In this document: one piece after another, positions 1 to 8,974 of the stretch
How positions within the stretch are numbered: position 1 is the stretch's first letter
Layout of the letters: each line of letters opens with the position of its first letter
Assembly: GCA_043673815.1 (NCBI GenBank)
Contig: JBIMKD010000272.1
Location: forward strand, 1 to 24,000
Reading direction: 5' to 3'
Origin: Chromatiales bacterium
GTDB taxonomy: Bacteria; Pseudomonadota; Gammaproteobacteria; JACCXJ01
Length of the DNA stretch: 24,000 nt
Notes under the pieces: generated by a model
The model's database searches: none
What the model saw: the letters and a program-made list of their open reading frames with translations, nothing else
What the model was told of the DNA's origin: nothing
Position numbers and translations under genes: made by a program

Positions 1-34
1 GAAAAACTGTATGACTGCCATATCTGTAGTCCAT
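1..34 (-). CDS. tnpA: IS200/IS605-family transposase TnpA, N-terminal start only (runs off left edge)
   Basis: Minus strand ATG at 34..32 reads MDYRYGSHTVF, the characteristic N-terminus of IS200-type TnpA; preceded by AAGGAGGTG ribosome-binding site at about 37-46. Confidence 0.72.
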   Translation of the reverse strand, partial: MDYRYGSHTVF

Positions 35-117
35 GATGCACCTCCTTGCGCAGCATTTTCGCAGCTAAAGCTAACCGGCTAAAAGCCGGTGGTTTTAACC
101 CTATGATGGACAATAAA
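1..117 (-). mobile_element. End region of an IS200/IS605-like element, with subterminal hairpin
   Basis: ACCGGCT-AAA-AGCCGGT palindrome at 74..90 upstream of the tnpA start; IS200/IS605 elements carry subterminal imperfect hairpins rather than terminal inverted repeats. Outer boundary is uncertain. Confidence 0.5.
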
Positions 118-124
118 CCCTAGC

Positions 125-1062
125 GTTGCATAAATCTCGGTTGACTGGCGAACTCACGCAGCTTTCAGAGCGGCCAGGTAATGCAACAGTTCCTCCTGGA
201 CCGCTTGATTGGCTGACATACTGAGGGTGAGCTGTCCTTGCGGCCGGATCAAGCGGCCTGCGCGCTGGATAAGGCGACGCCGCAGGGTGTCGAGGCGCGC
301 GAAATTCCACAGGGCAGGGCGTTTCTCCAGGGTTGTGCGCGAAGGCGGATGGACGATCATCTGGAGCTCGCGGCCGAGGTTGTGGGCGAGGAGCACCGAG
401 AGCAGGTAGACCCAGGTACGGGTGGGCACGTAGTCGAGCTGATTGTCGGATTTGAGCTCGGCGAAGAGGCCTTCCTGACTCCCGCGGCCGTTATGGAAGG
501 CAAGCACCTTGCGGGCACCGAGGCGTTTATTGCTGAGGATAACCTTAAACTCATAGCCGAATTGGTGCGGAGTGAAGAGATCGAGTTGCACGGGATCCTT
601 GAATTGCTGTTTTACCCGCGTGCGAATAAAGAGGAAACGATGGCGAACGTTCCAGGCCTTAGGTTTCCACTGCGCTTCGAAGTAGGCACACCCCGCCCCG
701 ATCCGCCACCACCAGCGGCGCGCTTCAATGCGCGCTTTGAGCTCGGCGAAGCGCTCGAAGGGGACGCTCACCGTATACTCCACCCCTTGGGCGTCGAGGC
801 TCCCGATGATTTCATCGCTGAAAAACGCACTGTCCATGCGCACCTCAATGCAGACCCCAGGGAGGGCGGCCCGTACCGTGGCGATACAGGCGAGGATGAA
901 CTCCCGGGCACCGTGGGAGTCATGGACGTTGCCGGATCGGTGCAGCACATCGAACACCTGCCCGGTTTGAGCCACGGTGAGATCCAGCGAAAAGCACGAA
1001 ACTCACTGAAAACCCTGTGTCCGACGCCATTTCCCACCGCTTAACCCCAGAATTTATGCAAC
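125..1062 (-). mobile_element. Internally deleted IS1380-like insertion sequence
   Basis: Matching inverted termini GTTGCATAAAT (125..135) and ATTTATGCAAC (1052..1062), flanking a transposase C-terminal part; element is only about 0.94 kb. True ends may extend a few bases outward. Confidence 0.6.
154..975 (-). pseudogene. IS1380-family (DDE) transposase, N-terminally truncated
   Basis: 273 aa with MDSAFFSDEIIGSLDAQGVEYTVSVPFERFAELK...GRGSQEGLFAELKSDNQLDYVPTRTW...LAHNLGRELQM, typical of IS1380-type transposases; the expected N-terminal region is absent. Confidence 0.75.
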
Positions 1063-1074
1063 TGAAAGGTAAAA

Positions 1075-1144
1075 ACAGACCCACACTATCATGCCGTTAT
1101 TGCCAGATCGTCTCTTCACTTACCCATAAATTCTGCGGAAGAGC
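1075..1144 (-). repeat. Copy 1 of a ~70-nt interspersed repeat (GCTCTTCCGCAGAATTT...)
   Basis: Minus strand GCTCTTCCGCAGAATTTATGGGTAAGTGAAGAGACGATCTGGCAATAACGGCATGATAGTGTGG matches 12481..12549 plus strand at roughly three-quarters identity with one 4-nt gap. Confidence 0.75.
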
Positions 1145-1150
1145 CCAATT

Positions 1151-2008
1151 TTATGACCCTGGAAATACGACGCCCTGCTGCTCGCACGTTGACAAAGCCG
1201 ACTGCAATCCTTCCCGTAACGACGCCAGATAGGATCTACCGACCGGCAGTGATTTCGTGCTTCCCCGGAGATCAACTTCGAATTCATCGGTATCGCCGTA
1301 CCGGGTCCGCAACGAGAGCACGTGGCGCAAGTTGACCATATAGCTCTTGTGAATGCGGAAAAAGCCATGGGGCTTCAGAGTCCCTTGAAAATCTTCCATC
1401 GATCCGCGTACGTCAGCCAGAGCGCCTCCCTGAACCAAATGCACCTCCAGCTTGTTGGGCTTCTCTCTACTCGTGCAGATGTACTGAATTTCCTCAGGTA
1501 GCAGGTAAGCCGTGCCGTGTGATCTATCGGTCAGACGCGCGGCGGGGTCCTGCTTATTTTGGTAGAGCAGCTTCTCGGTGTTGTGGGAGATGGCAATACG
1601 CTGCGGCGTAGGCTCCGGCCTTGTGCGTGAGCGCGTGAAATCCTTGCGCACCCAGTCCAGCGCTTCGGCGAGGTTCGCGTCTTCGAGCGGTTTCAACAAG
1701 AAATGAATCGGGTGATAGCTATGCGACACCAGGGAATGTTCGGGATAGGCGGTGACGAAGATCAAGCGAGGCGGTACCTTCATGCGATTGATCTTTCGCG
1801 CCAAATCTAGACCACTCGTCTCAGCCTCCATGCGAATGTCTAGAAAGACCAGATCCGGCGCCTGCGCCTCCACCTGCTCCCAACCCTCGGCCGCGTCACT
1901 CGCCTCCCCGACTACCTCAATATCGGGGTAATGTGACAAGAGATCGCCTAGCTCCGCACGGTTCAGCGGCTCATCGTCAATGATCACGATGCGGAGCTTC
2001 TCTACCAT
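1151..2008 (-). CDS. LytTR-family response regulator (LytR/AlgR type)
   Basis: REC domain IVIIDDEPLNRAELGDLL...PDLVFLDIRM...FVTAYPEHS and C-terminal LytTR domain (YLLPEEIQYICTSREK...FFRIHKSYMVNLRHV); overlaps the kinase stop codon. Confidence 0.93.
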   Translation of the reverse strand: MVEKLRIVIIDDEPLNRAELGDLLSHYPDIEVVGEASDAAEGWEQVEAQAPDLVFLDIRMEAETSGLDLARKINRMKVPPRLIFVTAYPEHSLVSHSYHPIHFLLKPLEDANLAEALDWVRKDFTRSRTRPEPTPQRIAISHNTEKLLYQNKQDPAARLTDRSHGTAYLLPEEIQYICTSREKPNKLEVHLVQGGALADVRGSMEDFQGTLKPHGFFRIHKSYMVNLRHVLSLRTRYGDTDEFEVDLRGSTKSLPVGRSYLASLREGLQSALSTCEQQGVVFPGS

Positions 2009-3315
2009 GCCGCCTCTCGCCGCGGCAAGATGAGGGTGGCTTTAGTCCCCACCCCGATCCGGCTTTCAAAGAGAAGCTGCCCCTTCTGTCCAAACGCCAG
2101 TTGCAGGCTTTGTCGGAGTTGATAGAGCGCCGTGCCCGAGCCTCGGTTCGACGCAACAGGCTGAAGGCCGAGCAACGCCAATTGCTCGGGCGAAATGCCA
2201 CGACCGTTGTCGGTCACCCCTAGCACGAGCTTGTCGCGTTGCGCCTCTGCGGAGATGACGATCTCCAGTGACCCTTGGTCGTTGCGCAAACCGTGGGTGA
2301 ACGCATTCTCGACCAGGGTGTGTAGCGAATAAGGTGGTAATCGGCAGTTTCGCAGCTTGGGATCAATCTCGTGCCGACAGTGCAACACGGCATCGCCAAA
2401 GCGCAGCCTTTGGAAATCGCAGTAGAGCTCCTGATGTTTCAATTCTTGCTCGAGGGTCACGGAAGTCGCCGCCGAATGCTCCCGAGTGGCTCGAAAGAAA
2501 TGGCCTAGCTTGACCACATATGCGCGCGCTTGCTCGGGATCGGTGTGGATGAGCTGTTTAAGAGCGTTCAAGGTATTCATCAAGAAATGCGGCTCGACCT
2601 GCGCCTGCAAGCCGCGGATCTCCGCCTGGCGCGCCCGGAGCTCCTTATCCAGAAATTGCATCATCCAGATGAATAAACCGGCGCCCACGCTGTTCGTTAG
2701 AAGCATCGGCAAGGCCGTCATGTTGATCAGCTTCAGGGCATTCTCATGGGGAAGCGCAAACTGCCAAATTAACCCCATTTGTACTATCACGGAGACGGTT
2801 CCCACCAGCGTAGCAATTGTCGGCCTGTTAACGAACTGTGGCCGTAAGTGAGCCAGGACACCTGCCCCAACGCCTGTCAAAACGGTGGACATCGCACAAG
2901 GCAGCGCACTCAGTCCTCCCAGGCTATAGCGCTCGAGGCCCGCCAATACGCCGACGATGGAGCCGCATAGAGGGCCGCCGATGAGCCCCGCCACGATTAC
3001 GAACAAGTCGCGAAAATTGATTCGGGCTTCATTATCGGCGAATCGGGTCGGCAATGCCGCGGGCCATTCGCCGACGACGCCGTGGTTGACGTTGACCACG
3101 ATGCCGCTGTGCGTGCCGATCACCGCCAGAACGGTGAACAAGCAAACCGTGATCAGTGCATGCCTGGCGCTGCGCCTAGCGCCATACACAGCGGCTCGGA
3201 GCCAACCCATGCGCAGGGCGATGAGAACGGCCACAACCACCATGCAGACTTGTTGCAGGAGCTGCAAGGTCCAGGTGAGGCCAAGCACAAGCCCCTCGTT
3301 CCACTCGTTTGCCAT
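2002..3315 (-). CDS. LytS/YehU-type membrane sensor histidine kinase (5TMR-LYT, His_kinase, HATPase)
   Basis: Multi-TM N-terminus with 5TMR-LYT-like segment, QAQVEPHFLMNTLNALKQLI H-box, and NGRGISPEQ / GSGTALYQLRQSL ATPase motifs; 7-nt overlap with downstream regulator gene. Confidence 0.92.
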   Translation of the reverse strand: MANEWNEGLVLGLTWTLQLLQQVCMVVVAVLIALRMGWLRAAVYGARRSARHALITVCLFTVLAVIGTHSGIVVNVNHGVVGEWPAALPTRFADNEARINFRDLFVIVAGLIGGPLCGSIVGVLAGLERYSLGGLSALPCAMSTVLTGVGAGVLAHLRPQFVNRPTIATLVGTVSVIVQMGLIWQFALPHENALKLINMTALPMLLTNSVGAGLFIWMMQFLDKELRARQAEIRGLQAQVEPHFLMNTLNALKQLIHTDPEQARAYVVKLGHFFRATREHSAATSVTLEQELKHQELYCDFQRLRFGDAVLHCRHEIDPKLRNCRLPPYSLHTLVENAFTHGLRNDQGSLEIVISAEAQRDKLVLGVTDNGRGISPEQLALLGLQPVASNRGSGTALYQLRQSLQLAFGQKGQLLFESRIGVGTKATLILPRREAAW

Positions 3316-3521
3316 AGGCTTAAGGATGAGGCCTCATAAAAATACTTAACCATTCTACTGAAACCATCGCTGAGTTTCAGCGCATCTCACACCCCAACGG
3401 CTGCGGCTTGCCAGCGATCGCGGGCGGGTTGGCAGAGCACCCCCACAACCCTCGCTCGCGTGTGTATCCTTGTTCCAGTGGTCAGTTCCCGCCGCCATGA
3501 GCGAATACGACGGAGTAAGCG

Positions 3522-4184
3522 ATGATCCACACAGATTCTGATCACCACAATACAGTCACCGGCGAACACTCTGCATTGTCGCAGCGCATTTTCGCCTTTA
3601 CTTTGGACCAGGCGGGCAGTGAGCTGCCTTTCAGCCGGCGCGTAGCACGCGAGAACGGCTGGTCAACGGACTACACCTCGCGCGTCATCGAGGAGTATAA
3701 GCGCTTCGCGTTCTTGGCGACGGTCACCAGTCACCCGGTCACCCCCTCCGATCCGGTGGATCAGGTCTGGCACTTACATTTGACATACAGCCGATTCTAC
3801 TGGGAGGACTTCTGCCCGAATGTTCTAGGCAAGGCCCTCCATCATGAGCCCGCGCGGGGAGGATGGGCCGAGCAACAGAAGTTCTCTGAGTGGTATCAGC
3901 AAACCCTCGCAAGCTACGAGCGGTTGTTGGGGCACCTACCGCCTTCGGACATTTGGCCTGCGCCGGCGATCCGGTTCGGCGGGAAAGAGCATTTCGTGCG
4001 GATCAATAAGACCTGCTATTGGCTCATCCCCAAACCCGTCGAGGGGATCGGAACCCGCGTGGGCGTTCGCGAAAATAGCGCACGGGAATCAGGAAGGAAT
4101 GTGCCGGTCGACTCGGGTGCTTCCGGTACCGCGGCCTGCGGATGCGGTGGCTGTGGAGGGGGTTGTGGAGGCTGCGGCGGCTGA
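3522..4184 (+). CDS. Glycine-rich-domain (GRDP)-like protein with Cys/Gly-rich C-terminal tail
   Basis: 220 aa with VIEEYKRFAFLATVTSHPVTPSDPVDQVWHLHLTYSRFYWEDFC and terminal tail AACGCGGCGGGCGGCGG. Confidence 0.8.
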   Translation: MIHTDSDHHNTVTGEHSALSQRIFAFTLDQAGSELPFSRRVARENGWSTDYTSRVIEEYKRFAFLATVTSHPVTPSDPVDQVWHLHLTYSRFYWEDFCPNVLGKALHHEPARGGWAEQQKFSEWYQQTLASYERLLGHLPPSDIWPAPAIRFGGKEHFVRINKTCYWLIPKPVEGIGTRVGVRENSARESGRNVPVDSGASGTAACGCGGCGGGCGGCGG

Positions 4185-4314
4185 AGCTATTCAACCGCGT
4201 TCCACGTTATCTCACTTGGTTCAGCGTCTAAACGACGTTCCACTACGTCAATAACGGGTAACACTTAGGCTGATTTCTCGCTAAACCAGGCAACCGCCGA
4301 AAGAGAGGTTTCGT

Positions 4315-6433
4315 ATGCAATCAGGTCGTCAATCTGTTTTGGAATACGCAAGGCTCTGCGCCGGCTGGGGATCTCCGCTAGCCGCGGCATGCGCGCTGCT
4401 AATCATCGTCATGCTCTCAATGCCCGTAGTGGCCCAGTCGACGACGCCACCCCCAATCATCGACCGCGAGCTGTTCTTCGGCGATCCAGAGATCGTCGGC
4501 GCTCAGATTTCGCCCGACGGTGTGTTCATCGCCTTTATCAAGCCCTTCAAAGGTACGCGTAACATTTGGGTAAAACGCACGGCTGATCCTTTCGCTAGCG
4601 CTAAGCCGCTGACGGCCGACACAAAGCGGCCCGTTGACTGGTACTTCTGGAGCCGCGACGGCAAATACATTTTGTTTGCGCAGGACAAGCTCGGTGATGA
4701 AAACTATAACGTCTATGCGGTCAATCCGGCGGATAGTCCGGCCGTGGGTCAGGATGTTCCAGCCGCACGCAACCTAACCGATGTGAAAGGCGTGGCGGCT
4801 TGGATTTCTGCCGTGCCGCGCAGCGAGCCCGACACACTCTACGTAGGCCTGAACGACCGCGACCCTGCCTGGCATGACCTCTACCGAGTGAAGGATTTCC
4901 ACGGGTGAGCGTACCTTGATGCGGAAGAATACCGAGCGCATCACATCCTGGGTCTTCGATCTCAAAGATCGGTTGCGCCTGGCGACTCGTTCGGCGGAGA
5001 ACGGGGATACTGAGGTGCTGCGCGTCGACCCTGACGGCTTTGCAAACGTTTATTCCTGCAACGTATTTGAAACCTGCGGGCCCGTCCAGTATCACAAAGA
5101 CGGAGAACGCACTTATTTCATTACCAATAAGGGCCCCAACATCAATCTCATTCGCCTGGAGTTGTTTAACCCCGCCACCGGAAAAGAAGAACCGGTCGAT
5201 GCGGATCCTCTTAACCGCGTGGATAATAGCAACGCGTGGTTCTCTGAAGTCACCGATGACTTGATAGCCACCATCTACGAGGATGAGCGCTTACGGATCT
5301 ACTGGAAAGACAAAGCGTTCGAAGCCGATTACAAACTCCTGCAAGAGCGTTTGCCGGATAAGGAGATCGATCTAGACTCTTGGACCAAGGACGAACGACT
5401 GTGGCTGGTAAGCGCACGCAGCGATACCGAACCCGGTGAAACTTATCTCTTCGATCGCAATACAAAAAAGCTGACGCTCCAATATCAGGTGCGAGACAAA
5501 TTGACCCGCAGTCACCTCGCGCCGATGAAGGCAGTCCGCTACAACTCATCGGATGGGCTCGAGATCCCCGCCTACCTGACACTCCCGAAAGGGGTCGAGC
5601 CCAAGAGCCTGCCTGCCATCATCCTGCCGCATGGCGGCCCATGGGGTCGCGATAGCTGGGGTTACAACGGCTTTGCGCAGTTCCTGGCAAATCGGGGTTA
5701 TGCTGTGCTGCAGCCAAACTTTCGCGCGTCAACCGGCTATGGCAAGAAGTTTCTCGACGCCGGCAACCAGCAATGGGGCGATAAGATGCAGGACGACGTG
5801 ACCTGGGGCGCGAACTATCTGATCGCCCAGGGCATTGCCGATCCCAAACGCATCGGCATCATGGGGGTGTCTTACGGCGGTTACGCCACGCTCGCCGGCG
5901 TGGCGTTTACACCCGATGTCTATGCCGCCGCCGTTTCCATCGTGGGGCCGTCAAGCTTGATTACGTGGCTTGAATCGATACCCCCCTACTGGGAATCGGG
6001 TCGCATGTTTGTCCATCAGCGCATGGGCGATCCCACCACTCCGGCAGGCAAGGCCCAACTCGAGCGCCAGTCGCCGTTGAATTCCGCCACCAGGATCAAG
6101 ACCCCGCTCTTGATCGTGCATGGTGCAAACGATGTGCGTGTTAACCAACGTGAGTCGGATCAGATCGTGATCGCGCTGCGCGAGCGTGGTTATCCCGTCG
6201 AGTACCTGGTCGCGCCAGACGAAGGTCATGGTTTCGCGCGGCCAGAAAACAATATGGCCATGTTTGCGGCGGCTGAGAAGTTCCTGGCCAAGTACCTCGG
6301 TGGACGTTATCAAGAAGCGATGACATCGGAAGTGGCACAGCGACTGAAGGAGATCACCGTCGATGTGAACACGGTCGCGTTGCCGAACAAGACGGATGCC
6401 ACGGCGGGTAAGCCCAAGCCCAGTACCGACTAA
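4315..6433 (+). pseudogene. Secreted prolyl-oligopeptidase family (S9) peptidase interrupted by a single-base frameshift
   Basis: ORF 4315..4908 (signal peptide plus beta-propeller start) and ORF 4916..6433 (catalytic GVSYGGYATL, DDVR-like HGANDVRV, and EGHGF) are contiguous after removing one G at about 4894. Confidence 0.88.
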
Positions 6434-6535
6434 TTTAATGGGTGACTCCGAACTCGCCGCTTCGCTGCAGCGCTTGACCCCAGCCAAGCGCGTTAGCCAC
6501 CATACAAGGTCGGAACCTGAATGTCCCCAAAAGGG

Positions 6536-7600
6536 TCACGTCTCCCATCTCTCACGGCGCTTTCCCGGAACGGCTCTTACCCCGCCCGGCAGGTAGCGGC
6601 CGCGAGCGCCGCGCACGGCCATCTCAAAGCCGGCATCAAGGGCCGCTAGTAGGCTGCTCGGGTCGGCCTGGCCGGTCCCGGCTAGCATGAGCGCCGTGCC
6701 GTGATCGACCGATGTTCGAATGATCGGCAAGCCGAGCGTTACGTTCACGGCGCGGCCGAAGCCTTGGTGCTTCAGGACCGGGAGCCCTTGATCATGGTAC
6801 ATCGCAAGCACCGCGTCGGCGCGATTCACCGGTTCGGCGACGAAGGCGGTATCCGCGGGCAAGGGGCCCTCGACGCGGAGGCCCTCCGCACGCACGGTCT
6901 CGATCGCCGGAATAATATGATCGATCTCCTCCGTGCCGAGGTGTCCGCCCTCCCCCGCATGAGGGTTTAGGCCGCAAACGGCGATCCGGGGCTGGCTCAG
7001 GCCGAAACGGGCGCGGAGATCCCGAGCCAGGATCCGCAATACGCGTACGATGCGATCCTCGGTGATGAGATCGCTGACAGCGCGAAGGGGCACATGGGTG
7101 GTGGCGAGGGCGACGCGCAACTCGGGCGTACACAACATCATTACCGGAAAATGGCCGCCGGTCGCCGCGGCCAAATACTCCGTGTGACCGGTGAAGGGGA
7201 TCCCGGCATCGTTGAGGATCCCCTTGTGCACGGGCGCCGTCACCATGGCGTCGAAGGTCCCGTCCATGCACCCGCGGCAAGCCTGCGCGAGGGTCTCGAC
7301 CACAGAGGGAGCGTTGCGCTTATCCAATCGCCCGCTGACCGCCGGGCGGGCGAGCCGTACCGGTATGAGCTTGATCGCGCCGCGCCGTGCGACCGTGCGA
7401 TCTTCGGGCGAGAACGGCTCGATATGCAACGGGAGCTTGAGCTGCGCGGCGCGTGCAGTCAGCAATTTCGGATCGGCGATGACGGTGATCGCCCCCGGAT
7501 GCTCGCGTTGCGCGATGCGGACGATTAAGTCCGGTCCGATCCCAGCGGGCTCGCCGGCAGTGATGACGATCCGGGGACGCTGCGCAGCGGATTTTTTCAC
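6536..7600 (-). CDS. pdxA: 4-hydroxythreonine-4-phosphate dehydrogenase
   Basis: 354 aa; [85 protein letters not shown]; canonical position next to surA. Confidence 0.96.
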   Translation of the reverse strand: MKKSAAQRPRIVITAGEPAGIGPDLIVRIAQREHPGAITVIADPKLLTARAAQLKLPLHIEPFSPEDRTVARRGAIKLIPVRLARPAVSGRLDKRNAPSVVETLAQACRGCMDGTFDAMVTAPVHKGILNDAGIPFTGHTEYLAAATGGHFPVMMLCTPELRVALATTHVPLRAVSDLITEDRIVRVLRILARDLRARFGLSQPRIAVCGLNPHAGEGGHLGTEEIDHIIPAIETVRAEGLRVEGPLPADTAFVAEPVNRADAVLAMYHDQGLPVLKHQGFGRAVNVTLGLPIIRTSVDHGTALMLAGTGQADPSSLLAALDAGFEMAVRGARGRYLPGGVRAVPGKRRERWET

Positions 7601-7606
7601 AAGCCC

Positions 7607-8959
7607 TCACTCGCGGAAACGATACTCGACATACGCCTCGTCACGCAGGCGGCGTAACCAGGCTTGGCCGGTTTCTTCGATCTTCCGCCGCCGGATCGCA
7701 TCGCGGGCCTTACCTCGCAGCGCCTCGCGCGTATTATCATGGTCGCGGCGTTTCAAGACCTGAACGATGTGCCACCCGAGCTCGGTCTCGAAGGGATCGC
7801 TGATCCCGTTGGGGGTTAACAGGCCCATGACGTCGTCGAACTTAGGCGCCAGATCGCCCGGACTGACCCAACCCAAGTCGCCGCCCTTGGCCGCGGTGGC
7901 TTTGTCTTCCGAATGCGATCGGGCCAGATCATCGAAATCGTCCCCACCTTCGATACGTTTCTTAAGTTTATGGAGGCGTTCCCGCACATCATCGCTCGAC
8001 ATCAGCTCGCTAGGTTTGATCAGTATGTGCCGGGCGCGCGTTTGTTTGACGGTCAGCTCTTCCCCGGCGCTCCGGACCCCCAGCAGCTTAATGATATGGT
8101 AGCCGCTGGGGCTACCGATCACGTCGCTGATCTCGCCCTCGCGCAACGAGGTGACTACCTCCGAAAACACCGTAGGCACTTCCCCGGCCTTGCGCCAACC
8201 GGGATCGCCGCTATCGAAGGCCTGCGGGTCGCCGGAATTCTCCGCTGCTACGCGCAGGAAATCTTCGCCTGCGCGCACGCGCCGCAGGAGCTTCTCCGCC
8301 TGTTTGCGTGCCTTCTCCGCGTCCTCCGCGGACGCAGAGCGCGGTGTGGCAACCAAGATATGCGCGAGACGATATTCCATCTCGATCGTATCTTGTTGCA
8401 CTTGTGTGGCGAGATAGTTGTCTATTTCCCGGTCCGAGACATGCACCAGGTTCGACACCTCGCGCTGGCGCAAGCGGCTGATAATGATCTCATCTCGGAC
8501 ATCCTCCCGAAATTGCGCAAAGTCATAACCGCCGCGCTCCACCGCTTCGCGAAAGCGCGCCAGCGGCATGCCGTTTTCCGAAGCGATATTGCTCACGGCA
8601 CGGTTCAGGGTATCGTCGTCCACCTTTAAGCCGGTCTGCGCGGCAAGCTGCAACTGAATCTTCATGACGATGAGACGCTCCAGCACCTGACGGCGCAGGG
8701 CGGCGTCGGGCGGCGGATCGCCGCGTTGTTGTTGCGATTCCGCTTTCACGCGTTCGAACATACGGTTGATCTCGCTCGCCATGACAACGTCGTCATTGAC
8801 CACGGCGATGATCGCATCGAGCGGTTCGGCGGTGGCTGCCGCGCAAGTGCTGTAAGCCAGGAGAAGGGCGGCGAAGCAGCCCTGTCTTAAGCGTTGCAGG
8901 AGCGGGTTTAAGTTTTCACTCGTGGTCTTGTACATGCGTCTATAAATACTATTCAACAA
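7607..8959 (-). CDS. surA: Periplasmic chaperone / peptidyl-prolyl cis-trans isomerase SurA
   Basis: 450 aa with N-terminal signal, SurA_N segment (LDAIIAVVNDDVVMASEI) and two parvulin domains (RHILIKPSE..., DLGWVSPGDLAPKF). Confidence 0.96.
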   Translation of the reverse strand: MLNSIYRRMYKTTSENLNPLLQRLRQGCFAALLLAYSTCAAATAEPLDAIIAVVNDDVVMASEINRMFERVKAESQQQRGDPPPDAALRRQVLERLIVMKIQLQLAAQTGLKVDDDTLNRAVSNIASENGMPLARFREAVERGGYDFAQFREDVRDEIIISRLRQREVSNLVHVSDREIDNYLATQVQQDTIEMEYRLAHILVATPRSASAEDAEKARKQAEKLLRRVRAGEDFLRVAAENSGDPQAFDSGDPGWRKAGEVPTVFSEVVTSLREGEISDVIGSPSGYHIIKLLGVRSAGEELTVKQTRARHILIKPSELMSSDDVRERLHKLKKRIEGGDDFDDLARSHSEDKATAAKGGDLGWVSPGDLAPKFDDVMGLLTPNGISDPFETELGWHIVQVLKRRDHDNTREALRGKARDAIRRRKIEETGQAWLRRLRDEAYVEYRFRE

Positions 8960-8974
8960 CCCCGGCGCGCGGCG

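Noticed and set aside
238-1044. 268-aa plus-strand ORF opposite the IS1380-like transposase
   Set aside because: Antisense shadow of a recognisable transposase; no domain signal.
4126-4184. GGCGGCTGTGGA-like tandem nucleotide pattern
   Set aside because: Explained by the coding of the Cys/Gly tail; not CRISPR or a separate satellite.
5951-6487. 178-aa minus-strand ORF within the S9 peptidase
   Set aside because: Antisense to catalytic-domain coding sequence with clear homology; no supporting motif.
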